Below are positions 8,588 to 18,230 of a DNA stretch of 64,000 nt, in pieces. Below the pieces are notes generated by a model, which had not been told where the DNA came from, did no database searches, and saw only the letters and a program-made list of their open reading frames with translations. This DNA comes from Acutalibacteraceae bacterium (GTDB taxonomy: Bacteria; Bacillota; Clostridia; Oscillospirales; Acutalibacteraceae), in contig JAZNEX010000115.1 in the NCBI GenBank assembly GCA_045588855.1, positions 6,993-70,992 on the forward strand. The letters run 5' to 3'. The stretch's first letter is position 1; the number at the start of each line of letters is the position of its first letter. Position numbers and translations under genes: made by a program.

Positions 8588-9949
8588 TCAGATGTTTTGT
8601 ATTCTTAATCCCTTCGGATAATGATTTTTTGCTTTTCCGTTTACGACTTTGACTCCGCCGACAGTACAGCCTTTTACTGTAATTACTGCCCAACCATTAT
8701 CGCAATCAACGTTAATTTCTTCTCCGTGTAAATATTTTTTTAATTCAGCGGAGTTTTCGTGTAGTGCAATCTTTCGTTTGAATTTGTTGCCTAATCCCAT
8801 AAAAAACTGATGATGAGGTTGAATATAATTCTTTTTAATTTCACCGATTGTAATGCCACAAGAAAAAGCTGTACCGTTTTTTATGTCAATTTCAGGTGAA
8901 ATGTAAACAATATTATTGTTATATTTTCTGATATGTGCGCTGTTATACTCAGTCAGGATATCATCAAGAAAATCATAAACAGATTTATCTATTTTATCTT
9001 TTGGGTTTACTGCTTGTTTTTTATAAGTCACATTGGGTGAAGTATTTTTTAAAACAGCCATAAACTGTCCTTCACCATTTGAAAAATAAGGATAAAATCT
9101 GCGTGTATAGTGCAGGTTTTCAGATTTGCATCCGGCAAAATTAATTCCGGGTGCAGTATGCAGCTTTACTTTATCATTAACTTCACAAAGGCAGAAGTCG
9201 GGATGAGAACACAGAAAATTATCAATTACCATTTCATTTTCTTCAAGAGAGAATGTGCACGTTGCATATATAATATATCCGCCATTTTTCAGCATTTTAA
9301 CAGCATTTTCTAAGATTTCAGCTTGACGAACAGCGCATTTGCGAACATTATCTTCGCTCCATTCGTCAATTGCTGTGTTGTCTTTTCTGAACATACCTTC
9401 GCCTGAACAAGGAGCATCACACATTATCAGATCAAAAAAAGAAGGGTAGAGTGTTGCAAGCTTTCCGGTGTCCATACAGGTTGTTATTGTATTAAGAGCT
9501 CCCATACGCTCAATATTTCCGGTAAGGATCTTGCAACGAGAGGAAATTATCTCGTTTGAAATAAGAATTCCGTTAATTCCGAGTTTATTTCTTAATTGTG
9601 TGCTTTTACCTCCCGGGGCAGCGCACATATCCAGAATTGTCCATTCAGGATTAATGTCTATACATTCGGCAGGGGCCATTGCAGCTGGTTCCTGAATATA
9701 TATCATACCTGCGTGATGGTAAGGATGATTACCGGCTTTCTCGTAATCAAGATAAAAACCGCTGTCTGTAAAAGGTATTCTTTCATTGCCGAAAATATTG
9801 ATTTTTTCAAATTCATCGAGAGATATCTTGTCAGTATTAACGCGAAAGCCTTTTACTGCAGGCAGACTAAAGGATTTGATATAAGATTCATAATCAAACT
9901 GAGGAAAAGATTTCATTCTTTCCGTAAATTTTTCAGGTAATTTTTTCAT
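8588..9949 (-). CDS. rRNA cytosine-C5 methyltransferase, RsmF/RsmB (NOL1/NOP2/Sun) family
   Basis: SAM-MTase motifs DMCAAPGGKST and DAPCSGEGMFRK. ATG at 9949 is preferred over the upstream TTG at 9967. Confidence 0.8.
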   Translation of the reverse strand: MKKLPEKFTERMKSFPQFDYESYIKSFSLPAVKGFRVNTDKISLDEFEKINIFGNERIPFTDSGFYLDYEKAGNHPYHHAGMIYIQEPAAMAPAECIDINPEWTILDMCAAPGGKSTQLRNKLGINGILISNEIISSRCKILTGNIERMGALNTITTCMDTGKLATLYPSFFDLIMCDAPCSGEGMFRKDNTAIDEWSEDNVRKCAVRQAEILENAVKMLKNGGYIIYATCTFSLEENEMVIDNFLCSHPDFCLCEVNDKVKLHTAPGINFAGCKSENLHYTRRFYPYFSNGEGQFMAVLKNTSPNVTYKKQAVNPKDKIDKSVYDFLDDILTEYNSAHIRKYNNNIVYISPEIDIKNGTAFSCGITIGEIKKNYIQPHHQFFMGLGNKFKRKIALHENSAELKKYLHGEEINVDCDNGWAVITVKGCTVGGVKVVNGKAKNHYPKGLRIQNI

Positions 9950-9956
9950 ATTGATC

Positions 9957-10700
9957 TCAACTTTCAAATGTCAATTCACAGTGAAGCATACACATTGCAA
10001 CAGAACTTATTGCAGCTGTTTCTGTTCTGAGTATGCGCTTACCGAGAGAGATAATCTTAGCACCGCTTTCAAGAGCTGCAGCTATTTCCTTATCATCAAA
10101 GCCACCTTCCGGTCCGATAAATATTCCTATTCTCATTCCGGGTTTAATTAAATTTAAAGCTGCTTTTGTGTCAGCCATTCCGTTTTTTGCTTCATAAGGC
10201 AACAGTATTAAATCCAATTCGGAAGCAAAATCGATTGCTTGTCTGTAGTTCATTATGTTATTAATGCGGGGGATAATATTACGTTTGCTTTGCTTTGCTG
10301 CGCTTTCAGAAATTGCCTGCCAGCGTGTAATTTTATTAGCTTTCTTTTTTTCTTCTATTTTCGTGATACTGCGGGACATTTCAACAGGCGTAATTGAACA
10401 AACTCCAAGTTCAACTGTTTTTTGAATGATCAATTCAAGCTTATCACTTTTCGGAAGGCCCTGAAACAGGTGTAATTCAACAGATAATTCAGTTGATTGA
10501 TAATTTTCCTCAAGGATTTCAGCAGTTGTTACATCGTCAGAAAAAGCGATAATGCGGCAACGGTTGCTTATTCCGTTGTCACTTATGAGAAAGGTGTCTC
10601 CGATTTTCATTCGCAAAACATTACGTATATGATTGTGATCATTACCTGTAATAAAGTATTTATTATCAAGACTTTTCTCTGAAGCAAAAAAATTATACAT
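9957..10700 (-). CDS. rsmE: 16S rRNA (uracil1498-N3)-methyltransferase
   Basis: RsmE-like length and C-terminal GPEGGF motif. ATG at 10700 follows a GGTGAT RBS; the ORF-track start is 10718. Confidence 0.85.
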   Translation of the reverse strand: MYNFFASEKSLDNKYFITGNDHNHIRNVLRMKIGDTFLISDNGISNRCRIIAFSDDVTTAEILEENYQSTELSVELHLFQGLPKSDKLELIIQKTVELGVCSITPVEMSRSITKIEEKKKANKITRWQAISESAAKQSKRNIIPRINNIMNYRQAIDFASELDLILLPYEAKNGMADTKAALNLIKPGMRIGIFIGPEGGFDDKEIAAALESGAKIISLGKRILRTETAAISSVAMCMLHCELTFES

Positions 10701-10772
10701 TTTAATCACCGTAAACATTTATATCGTTAATATAATATAGTATTTTTATGATGAGTTCAAGTATATAACAAT

Positions 10773-10803
10773 AAAAAGGACAGATTAAAACTCTGTCCTT
10801 TTT
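10773..10803 (-). terminator. intrinsic terminator downstream of the GH92 gene
   Basis: GGACAG/CTGTCC stem extended by A/T pairs, followed by a T-run on the - strand. Confidence 0.6.
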
Positions 10804-10821
10804 ATCTGTGATCTGTTTGTG

Positions 10822-12852
10822 TTATTTCTTATACATAACGATCTGCAGCTTGCCGCCTTTAAATATTTCATCTGCAGATAATTTAAAATCAGTAATTCTT
10901 TTGTTGTTAAAATAAACCTCTTTAACATAAATATTTTCATCAGAGTTATCAATTACTTCAATCAGCAATTGTTTCCCCGAAGATAGTTGAATACTGCAAT
11001 TTTTTATTAGAGGGGAGGAAATATGAAAGTATTTTCTCCCTGCAATAGGATAAATGCCAACAGCATTAAAAACGTAATATGAAGAAAGTGCACCTGAATC
11101 GTTATTGCCGGGTAAACCGCCTCTGCCTGCAGTAAACATATATTTAAGTCCTGCACGTATGATCTCACAGGTTCTGTCATGCCTGTCTGCATATATGTAA
11201 GAAAACGGTGCTTCAATGTCAGATTCATTGTTGAAGCCTTCAAAGCGGCCGAGTTTTATTCCTTCTTCAACTGGCTTGTAATTAAAAGGATCTGTCGGCT
11301 GAATTACATCGTCTTTTCCGTAACCGAAGAAATCATCCAGGAGCTTTATAAATTTTTCTTTTCCTCCTGCAATAATAATCCGTTCATCCATATTGTACAT
11401 TTGTCTGAATGAGTAGTTGTAGTGTGTGCCTTCATAGTATTCACAGTCATCCTCAAGGAGTCCGGTATTTACATTATAAACTTTTTTCCATTGAGCAGCA
11501 AGAGGCATAAGACTTTCTTTTAATTGCTTATTACCGTTTTCTTCTGCTATTTCTGCTGCTAAAGCGCATGCGTCAGCCATATCAAGCATAAATGTATGGG
11601 ATTTGCACCTGCCGAATGTTGTAAAATCCCTTTTATCGTCAGCATTAATATCTGTTTTAATGACATTCAATAATCTGTACGGGTCCATTGAAATTCCGTA
11701 ACGGTAAGCTGTAATCAATGCATATGCGCCAAGCATTCTTGCCTGTTCGGAATGTTGATTATATTGATCGCTTATGCCGAAATTGTTTGGCAGATGTCCG
11801 AGAGTCTCTCCTAACTTAAGCAGTGTCTCGCAGATGCTTTCAGATGTATCTTTATCTGTAAGGAAAATCAGTGGCAGTGCAGTTTTGTACATGTCCCATA
11901 ATGTGGCAAAATCAGTCATAAACGGAGAATTTTTATCATAAACAAAGCTTTCACCGCACCAATCAGATGGTTTTATAAATGAATGATAGAGATTAGAATA
12001 GAAAATTTCATATAATCGTTCGTCATTGAATTCCGCACGGATCAAACCAAGCTTGTTGTTCCATATCTTATAGGCATTATCCCGTATTATATTAAACTCG
12101 AAAATATCGCTGATATTATTCAGAGCAGTGTCAGGGTTATTAAAGGAAACTGATACCTGAATTTCTGAAATCAGATTCTCAGGAACAGAAAATATTGCTT
12201 TTCCACCGTCTATTCTGCATTCAGAATTTCCTTTGGCTGCAAAAAATATTTTTATTCCTTCAATTACAGCGGACGCAGTAATAGTATTTTTGTCAATTTG
12301 CTTTAACTTAAGATTGAATACTTTTTTGTTTTCACATTCGGGTATGATTAAGCCGTTATTGGAAAAGTCAATTGTAACCTTACCGTTGTTTTTCCCGAAC
12401 GTATATCTGTGAAACGCTGTTTTCTGATTAACTGTGATTTCACACCGGATATCTTCTATAACACAACTGTAATAACCCGGTTCAGCATATTCATTGAAGA
12501 AATCTCTTCTGTATTCAGAGTTTTCATAGGCAGGTGTTGTTACTGCATAATTGTAATAATAACCTATAGCTCCGGTTCCGCTTTGATGAAGGTGTGAGAA
12601 GCCTATTAGCTTGTTCCCGAAATCAAAATGTGCAGGTCTTGAATGTGAATTCGGTTTATGATCACCGTATCCTGTAGGATAACCTCCGGTAAAAGGGGAT
12701 ACACTCATAGCTCCGAACGGAAGTACTGCAGCAGGGCTTGTATTTCCGCAACCTGCCTTAATAAAAAACCATTTGGCAGCTATGCCTTCGGGCTTCGGCA
12801 GATCTATTTCGCCCGTACCTTGAAAAACATTTACGTGTTTAATATAATCCAT
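10822..12852 (-). CDS. GH92-family alpha-mannosidase (cytoplasmic)
   Basis: GH92-type blocks LPFGAMSVSP, GFSHLHQSGTG and GNNDSGALSSYYVFNAVGIYP; no signal peptide; GGAG RBS. Confidence 0.85.
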   Translation of the reverse strand: MDYIKHVNVFQGTGEIDLPKPEGIAAKWFFIKAGCGNTSPAAVLPFGAMSVSPFTGGYPTGYGDHKPNSHSRPAHFDFGNKLIGFSHLHQSGTGAIGYYYNYAVTTPAYENSEYRRDFFNEYAEPGYYSCVIEDIRCEITVNQKTAFHRYTFGKNNGKVTIDFSNNGLIIPECENKKVFNLKLKQIDKNTITASAVIEGIKIFFAAKGNSECRIDGGKAIFSVPENLISEIQVSVSFNNPDTALNNISDIFEFNIIRDNAYKIWNNKLGLIRAEFNDERLYEIFYSNLYHSFIKPSDWCGESFVYDKNSPFMTDFATLWDMYKTALPLIFLTDKDTSESICETLLKLGETLGHLPNNFGISDQYNQHSEQARMLGAYALITAYRYGISMDPYRLLNVIKTDINADDKRDFTTFGRCKSHTFMLDMADACALAAEIAEENGNKQLKESLMPLAAQWKKVYNVNTGLLEDDCEYYEGTHYNYSFRQMYNMDERIIIAGGKEKFIKLLDDFFGYGKDDVIQPTDPFNYKPVEEGIKLGRFEGFNNESDIEAPFSYIYADRHDRTCEIIRAGLKYMFTAGRGGLPGNNDSGALSSYYVFNAVGIYPIAGRKYFHISSPLIKNCSIQLSSGKQLLIEVIDNSDENIYVKEVYFNNKRITDFKLSADEIFKGGKLQIVMYKK

Positions 12853-12861
12853 ATGAAGCTC

Positions 12862-15048
12862 CTATTTGATAATGATTTCCCGGTTTCCTGTTTTACTCTC
12901 AAAAGTGATAAGAACAGTAGAGCCTAATTCATCAAAATCAAATTTTATATTGTGGTTATCAAGCTTGATATCTGTAGGCTTAAAGGAAATCCTGATACGG
13001 ATATTTGCATTGAAATCACCGGCTCCCGAAATATCAAGTTTAATCTGACGGTCAAGTTCTTCTATTTTATTTATTCGAACAGATGTACCGATAATTTCGA
13101 CTGGATTGTTTATTTTTGTCAGATCAAATAACAGTGCCTTATCATTCGGCATCAGAATCTTTTCTGTAATAATTTCAAATTCGGGCGAGAACATATCAGC
13201 AAACAGTCCCTGAATTACAAGAGGATCATCATTTATGCTTTCATCAAGTACAGCTGCAATGATGTAGGGATCTCTGTTGAGGATAAGATGATTGGTAAAT
13301 TCGGGGTGATAGCCTTTTCTTGATGCAACTTCAATAAAGAAACTTCTGAGCTGTTCAGCGTTTTTTTCGGAATATGAAAACTTAACGGGATTAATTTTAT
13401 AAACAGCAGCCGTACCTTTTCCACAGTTGAAAATTGATTTTTCCTCATTCGGGTTAATTTCAAGCATTCTGAACAGATGTTCCGCAGGGATAGTGAATTT
13501 GCCTGTCCACCAGCTGTTAATGTTATTGAACGGGTCACTTCCGTCTCCGATATATATCAGTTGTCCTCCGTCTTTAACCCATGATGAAACAGAATTGTTG
13601 ATATCGGGATAATCGGGCTTCATAAATTCATAGCTCATAAGCAGCATATCGTAATCGTCAAGATAACCTGCGTATCTGCGTGCATTATCAACTAACACGG
13701 GTCTTACTTGTATGCCGTATTTAAGAAGTGGAAGAGCAATAGAGAAAAATCCGGGGAAAGCGTTTGACGACATAAACCGTAGCAGTAATTCTTTGTCGGA
13801 ATTTTCATTTATGAAAAGTTCATTTCTGAATTTATTTAAAAGTTCTTCATCATCATTCAGAACTGTACCTACAACTTCTTTGACTTCTTCATTGAAATAC
13901 ATATCAGGATATTCTCTTTGATATAATTCGCAATCGCCGACAAGGATTCCGACTCTGAATGAAGGCTCTTGTGCAGATTCAAGGGTTCCCAATGTATTAA
14001 AGGTGTTGTTTAATATGGTGGCATATTCATCGGGAATATCGATAGCATCTGCAGCATCCTTGGGATATTTGTTATAAAACACACGGTTTGGCCAGGGACA
14101 GATTTCATATGTATTAACTTTCGGATGAAGCAAGGATGCAATTACAGTGCATATATAGTTTTTTTTGTAATCTTCCCAGTCAAAAATAGGATTATCTTCT
14201 ATGGGGTCATGAAGGAACCACATTTTTCGACCTGTTCCTTTAACAAGCTCCTGCATAACACCATATTCAAGATAAGCTGTTTCGAATGTCCTCTCTTTAA
14301 GCACACCGTTGAACCAATTTTTTTCTCCTGCAGTTCCTGTCCATACCTGTGCTATACAACCGTCAACACCGGGAATATCGGCAAGCTTACCCTCGGGACT
14401 GACAATTTTCCATTGCGTGTAATTAATCAGTGAATGAGTCGGAACATAGAATCTGAGATTTTTATTATACTTGATTTTCGCATATTCCTTGAGTGAAGAA
14501 GAAAGCCTGTCGATTGTACGGGTATAAAGATATGCTTTTAATTTGCCGCATTTATATTTTGCATCTACACTTTCGTGCGGAGCAGTCCAAGGCTCACGGT
14601 AATATAATTCAAATTCTCTTTTGAATGCGGGTGAATAACCACCTCTATCCCAGAATTCCGGCTCTTCAACATGTATAGCTTCAACACCTGCGTCTACTAC
14701 GCATTTGAGTTTTTCAGTAAGATAGTCGCAAAATGATATTGTCGGGACCATATACGGAACATCTTTACCGTGAACTATAAGGTTACCGAATCGATCCTGC
14801 TGAGCTTCATCCCAATGATTGATTCCGTCGTATTCGCCATAAAGATAATCTGTGTAGTGCCCCCATGAAATCCCGGTCATAAAATGAATAACATATCCGG
14901 CTTCTTTGTGCTGTCGGATTCTTTCAATAGTTGTGTCTTCAAGTCGGTATACCATTACAAAATCGCATTGGCAATCGATTTTATCAAGGAGATTAGTGCC
15001 TGACTGAAAACCTGTGCGTTCCTCTTTTTTATTTCTGACAAATGCCAT
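12862..15048 (-). CDS. uncharacterised 728-aa cytoplasmic protein; glycoside hydrolase/phosphorylase-like by context only
   Basis: Strong GGAGGTG RBS; stop lies 9 nt before the GH92 start. A possible TIM-barrel catalytic motif HVEEPEFW is present, but I do not recognise the family. Confidence 0.5.
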   Translation of the reverse strand: MAFVRNKKEERTGFQSGTNLLDKIDCQCDFVMVYRLEDTTIERIRQHKEAGYVIHFMTGISWGHYTDYLYGEYDGINHWDEAQQDRFGNLIVHGKDVPYMVPTISFCDYLTEKLKCVVDAGVEAIHVEEPEFWDRGGYSPAFKREFELYYREPWTAPHESVDAKYKCGKLKAYLYTRTIDRLSSSLKEYAKIKYNKNLRFYVPTHSLINYTQWKIVSPEGKLADIPGVDGCIAQVWTGTAGEKNWFNGVLKERTFETAYLEYGVMQELVKGTGRKMWFLHDPIEDNPIFDWEDYKKNYICTVIASLLHPKVNTYEICPWPNRVFYNKYPKDAADAIDIPDEYATILNNTFNTLGTLESAQEPSFRVGILVGDCELYQREYPDMYFNEEVKEVVGTVLNDDEELLNKFRNELFINENSDKELLLRFMSSNAFPGFFSIALPLLKYGIQVRPVLVDNARRYAGYLDDYDMLLMSYEFMKPDYPDINNSVSSWVKDGGQLIYIGDGSDPFNNINSWWTGKFTIPAEHLFRMLEINPNEEKSIFNCGKGTAAVYKINPVKFSYSEKNAEQLRSFFIEVASRKGYHPEFTNHLILNRDPYIIAAVLDESINDDPLVIQGLFADMFSPEFEIITEKILMPNDKALLFDLTKINNPVEIIGTSVRINKIEELDRQIKLDISGAGDFNANIRIRISFKPTDIKLDNHNIKFDFDELGSTVLITFESKTGNREIIIK

Positions 15049-15263
15049 AATAACACCTCCGAAAAGTTATGTTTATAATATAAACCATTTATTAAAAGTT
15101 TGCCACCCAAAGTTTAAAATTCTATCAAATTTTTTTATCTTTTTTACAAAATATAGTTTTATGTAAAAAAATTTTTAACTATTTTGCATATTTGTATTGT
15201 TATTTCAACTTAAATTTGTTATCATTATAAAAAATGTTAATTCTTCGTAGTGGGGGGTGACCG

Positions 15264-15953
15264 ATGAAAAACGATAAGAATTATGTTCTGACATTAGTCA
15301 GACACGCCGAATCTTGCGGAAATGCAGGCATTTTTTATGAAGATGAATATCTAAAGGATGATCCGCCATTGAGCCCGTTAGGTCTTAAGCAGGCTGAATT
15401 GCTTGCTCAGAGCAAGTTGCTTGAAAATGCGGATGTTATATTTTCGAGCACGCTTATACGTGCTGTTCAGACCGTTTATCCTTCTGCTCAGAAAATCGGT
15501 AAAAATATAATTCTGCTTTCCGATCTTATGGAGATCAATACTGAGATTCCGGGTACGGAATATTCGCGATTGAATGATAATTTTCCATTGGCTGTTGCTT
15601 GTATTTCAGAACCCACGCCTACGGGAGGACCTCTTTTGCTTGGAAAAGAAACAAATGAACTGATTGCAAAGAGAGCTGAGCGTTGTATCAATTTTTTTGC
15701 TGATTATGCTTCAGACGGCAGTCATATTGCTGTCATAACTCACGGTTCATATTTCGGTTTTCTTATGAGGGCAGCATTAGACATTGCTTTTCCCGAATCT
15801 TTTTGTTGGCAGGTTGATAATTGCAGTGTCACTCGTATTGTGTTCAGAAAGAATGAAATACCCAAGTTGGCTTTTTCTAATTATACAGGTCATCTTTTTC
15901 AGGAACCGATATTTCCATCATTTACTCAGTTTAATCAGGAGGTAGTAAAATGA
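15264..15953 (+). CDS. histidine phosphatase (phosphoglycerate-mutase-like) family protein
   Basis: N-terminal LVRHAES..N motif (RHG-type catalytic His); second His block ITHGSYF. Confidence 0.8.
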   Translation: MKNDKNYVLTLVRHAESCGNAGIFYEDEYLKDDPPLSPLGLKQAELLAQSKLLENADVIFSSTLIRAVQTVYPSAQKIGKNIILLSDLMEINTEIPGTEYSRLNDNFPLAVACISEPTPTGGPLLLGKETNELIAKRAERCINFFADYASDGSHIAVITHGSYFGFLMRAALDIAFPESFCWQVDNCSVTRIVFRKNEIPKLAFSNYTGHLFQEPIFPSFTQFNQEVVK

Positions 15954-16834
15954 GTAATTGTCCAAAATGTGATAAAAAGCTTCGCATAACTGATATCAGT
16001 CAATTTTGTCCGTCGTGCGGTGTTAATATGCGTTTTTATAATTTTGAAGAGAACTTTTTGCGTGAAGCTAAATATGCTGAGCTTTCTCAGGCAGGTCTTA
16101 AGGTTAAAATCAGAAATCTGAAGTATTCTTTTTCAGGTTCTAAGCTTATCACTGCAAAGCTTGTCGTTATGCTTCTTCCTCTCTTGTCTTTATTGATTCC
16201 GTCAGGCAATATTACTATTTCGCTTCCGTTTGTTACAAGCGAAGCACACTTCGGTATACTCGGTATTATTAATATTGTTACGGGCGGTTCATTGAATTAT
16301 ATTTTGGAAATGTGTAACTCTGCTGTAGCAGGGGCCGAATTTTCAGCACTCAGGAATGCACTTTTGGGTTTTGTTGCTGTTGCATTGTTATGTGTATTCT
16401 GCTTTATTTTTTCTTTTTTTGGTTTTATAAGCATAAAGAATATGCAGAAGCTTGCAACTGTTACCGCCGGTCTGGGCGTGGTTGCATCTGTTGCAACTCT
16501 CGTGCTGATTGCGGTATTTAACTCGGCAACCGCTGAATCGATGATCCTTTCTTCCGGGTTCGGTATTGGTCTTTTTGTTACAGTTCTTATGTTTATAGCT
16601 GTTTTTGTTGTCAATCTTCTTCTGTGGAAAAAAGGTATTCATCCTGTTTATGATGAAGGAGTTGAGGAAAGAGTCCGTATTTTCAAAGAGGTAAAGGCAG
16701 GCAGAATTAATATTGATGATCTTCCTCAGCCCGTTGTAGAAACTGAAGCTACAAGAAAGATAGATGAAGAAATTGCTAAGGAAGAAGCAGCTTTCTATGA
16801 AAAATTCAAAGGGGAGGAAAAAGTGAATGGCTGA
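15950..16834 (+). CDS. zinc-ribbon membrane protein, unknown function
   Basis: N-terminal CPKC...CPSC zinc ribbon, then about 4-5 TM segments and a charged C-terminal tail; ATGA overlap with upstream CDS. Confidence 0.6.
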   Translation: MSNCPKCDKKLRITDISQFCPSCGVNMRFYNFEENFLREAKYAELSQAGLKVKIRNLKYSFSGSKLITAKLVVMLLPLLSLLIPSGNITISLPFVTSEAHFGILGIINIVTGGSLNYILEMCNSAVAGAEFSALRNALLGFVAVALLCVFCFIFSFFGFISIKNMQKLATVTAGLGVVASVATLVLIAVFNSATAESMILSSGFGIGLFVTVLMFIAVFVVNLLLWKKGIHPVYDEGVEERVRIFKEVKAGRINIDDLPQPVVETEATRKIDEEIAKEEAAFYEKFKGEEKVNG

Positions 16835-18230
16835 TAAAAAATTTGATAAGCGTAAGCTTCTGACTACTTCGGTTACTTGTATTCTTGTCTTCTTCTTTGT
16901 CGGTGGTTTCTGGATCGGTCTTGACCGTGTCCGTTCAATGGAAGGTACATTTCCTCCCAATGATATAAAGGAAGGTATTTCTGATGCTCCTCTGACTGCA
17001 GAAGATGCGGTTGCATATCTCAACAAGGTAATAGATAAAGCACTTTCCGAAAAACCAAAGCTTTCTTCTGATGATAATTTTTCTGTTGATTCAGATTCTC
17101 TTGTGACTGATGGTAGTGATACGCTTAAGACTACATTGCTTTTCGCAAAGGACGGTTTCAGAAATTATATATCTTCTGCAGAAGATGTGGAAAGAAAGGT
17201 TACTGAGGTTAATTTCGGAGAAGATTTAAGTAAATTGCTTCGCATACCCGAAACGGATGGTCTTGAGGTTGCTGACTTTAAGTGTAATTACATTTATTAT
17301 CAGTGTCCGTCATGCGGTCTTACTTCAGATGAGCAATTAAGTAATTGTGAACCTTGCGGATCTAACAGAGAATATTTTATTAAATATCGTTCTGAATATG
17401 AGATTGAGCTTACTTTTTCTCCGGAAATAGCTGAATCCTCTCCGGAACAGTTTGAGAAAAATTTCCCCGTCAGAAGCGATGATGAGATTGATTCTCTTAC
17501 TTCTGCAGTGCTTGATGATGTTCTTAGTGTCGAAAACAGAGAGATTTCATACAATTCGTTTAAGATTTATTTTAAGGTTAATCGTCTTACCGATGAAATT
17601 ACATATCTGAGCTTTATAAAAGGTATTGATGTCAAGGCAGATGTTTCTTTCCTTGGAAAATATGAAGCTCTTGGCTCTGCCGGTATCAGTTTTTCAATGA
17701 ATGAATTTATGAATTACGGGTTCACTTGGCCCGCTCTTACGCTTAATAATGAAATCCTTGAGATTGAGCCTAAGGGTACAGATAATCTTCTTGCGACTCT
17801 TACCTGTGAAGATCCTCTTGCAATGACGGTATCCTGGAAGTCTTCAGATGAGAGTATCGCTGTTGTTGATGCTGACGGATACATTGATGCCACATCCAAA
17901 ACAGGAGAAGCTATTATTGAAGCTTCCTATGAATATCTCGGAAAGACCTATACTGATACTTGCACAGTTGTTGTAAAGGTCCCTGTAGAATCAATGAAAA
18001 TGAGCAAAAAAAATGTTGATCTTACTGTTGGCGAAACATTTACTCTCAGCACTAAGGTATCGCCTAAAAATGCAACTATTCAGACTGTAAAATGGTATTC
18101 TGAAGATGAGAGCATTGCAACAGTTGATGGAGACGGTGTTGTTACCGCAATTTCACAGGGCAAGACAATTGTATATGCTCTTTCTGATGACGGATATTTC
18201 AGATCTACTTGTGAGGTGACAGTTGAATGA
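16827..18230 (+). CDS. membrane-anchored protein with an internal zinc ribbon and two C-terminal Big_2 (bacterial Ig-like) domains
   Basis: N-terminal TM segment; CPSC...CEPC motif; two repeats of the Big_2 pattern (SSDESIAVVDADG..., SEDESIATVDGDGVVTA); 8-nt overlap with upstream CDS. Confidence 0.65.
   Translation: MADKKFDKRKLLTTSVTCILVFFFVGGFWIGLDRVRSMEGTFPPNDIKEGISDAPLTAEDAVAYLNKVIDKALSEKPKLSSDDNFSVDSDSLVTDGSDTLKTTLLFAKDGFRNYISSAEDVERKVTEVNFGEDLSKLLRIPETDGLEVADFKCNYIYYQCPSCGLTSDEQLSNCEPCGSNREYFIKYRSEYEIELTFSPEIAESSPEQFEKNFPVRSDDEIDSLTSAVLDDVLSVENREISYNSFKIYFKVNRLTDEITYLSFIKGIDVKADVSFLGKYEALGSAGISFSMNEFMNYGFTWPALTLNNEILEIEPKGTDNLLATLTCEDPLAMTVSWKSSDESIAVVDADGYIDATSKTGEAIIEASYEYLGKTYTDTCTVVVKVPVESMKMSKKNVDLTVGETFTLSTKVSPKNATIQTVKWYSEDESIATVDGDGVVTAISQGKTIVYALSDDGYFRSTCEVTVE

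Noticed and set aside
15140-15170. Inverted repeat TTTTTTACA-N13-TGTAAAAAA upstream of the sugar operon, as a possible operator
   Set aside because: The arms are almost pure A/T in a very AT-rich spacer, so a chance occurrence is likely. No regulator gene is nearby to pair it with.
16388-17026. 212-aa ORF on the minus strand
   Set aside because: It is antisense to the junction of two well-supported, translationally coupled plus-strand genes. It is low-complexity and has no RBS.
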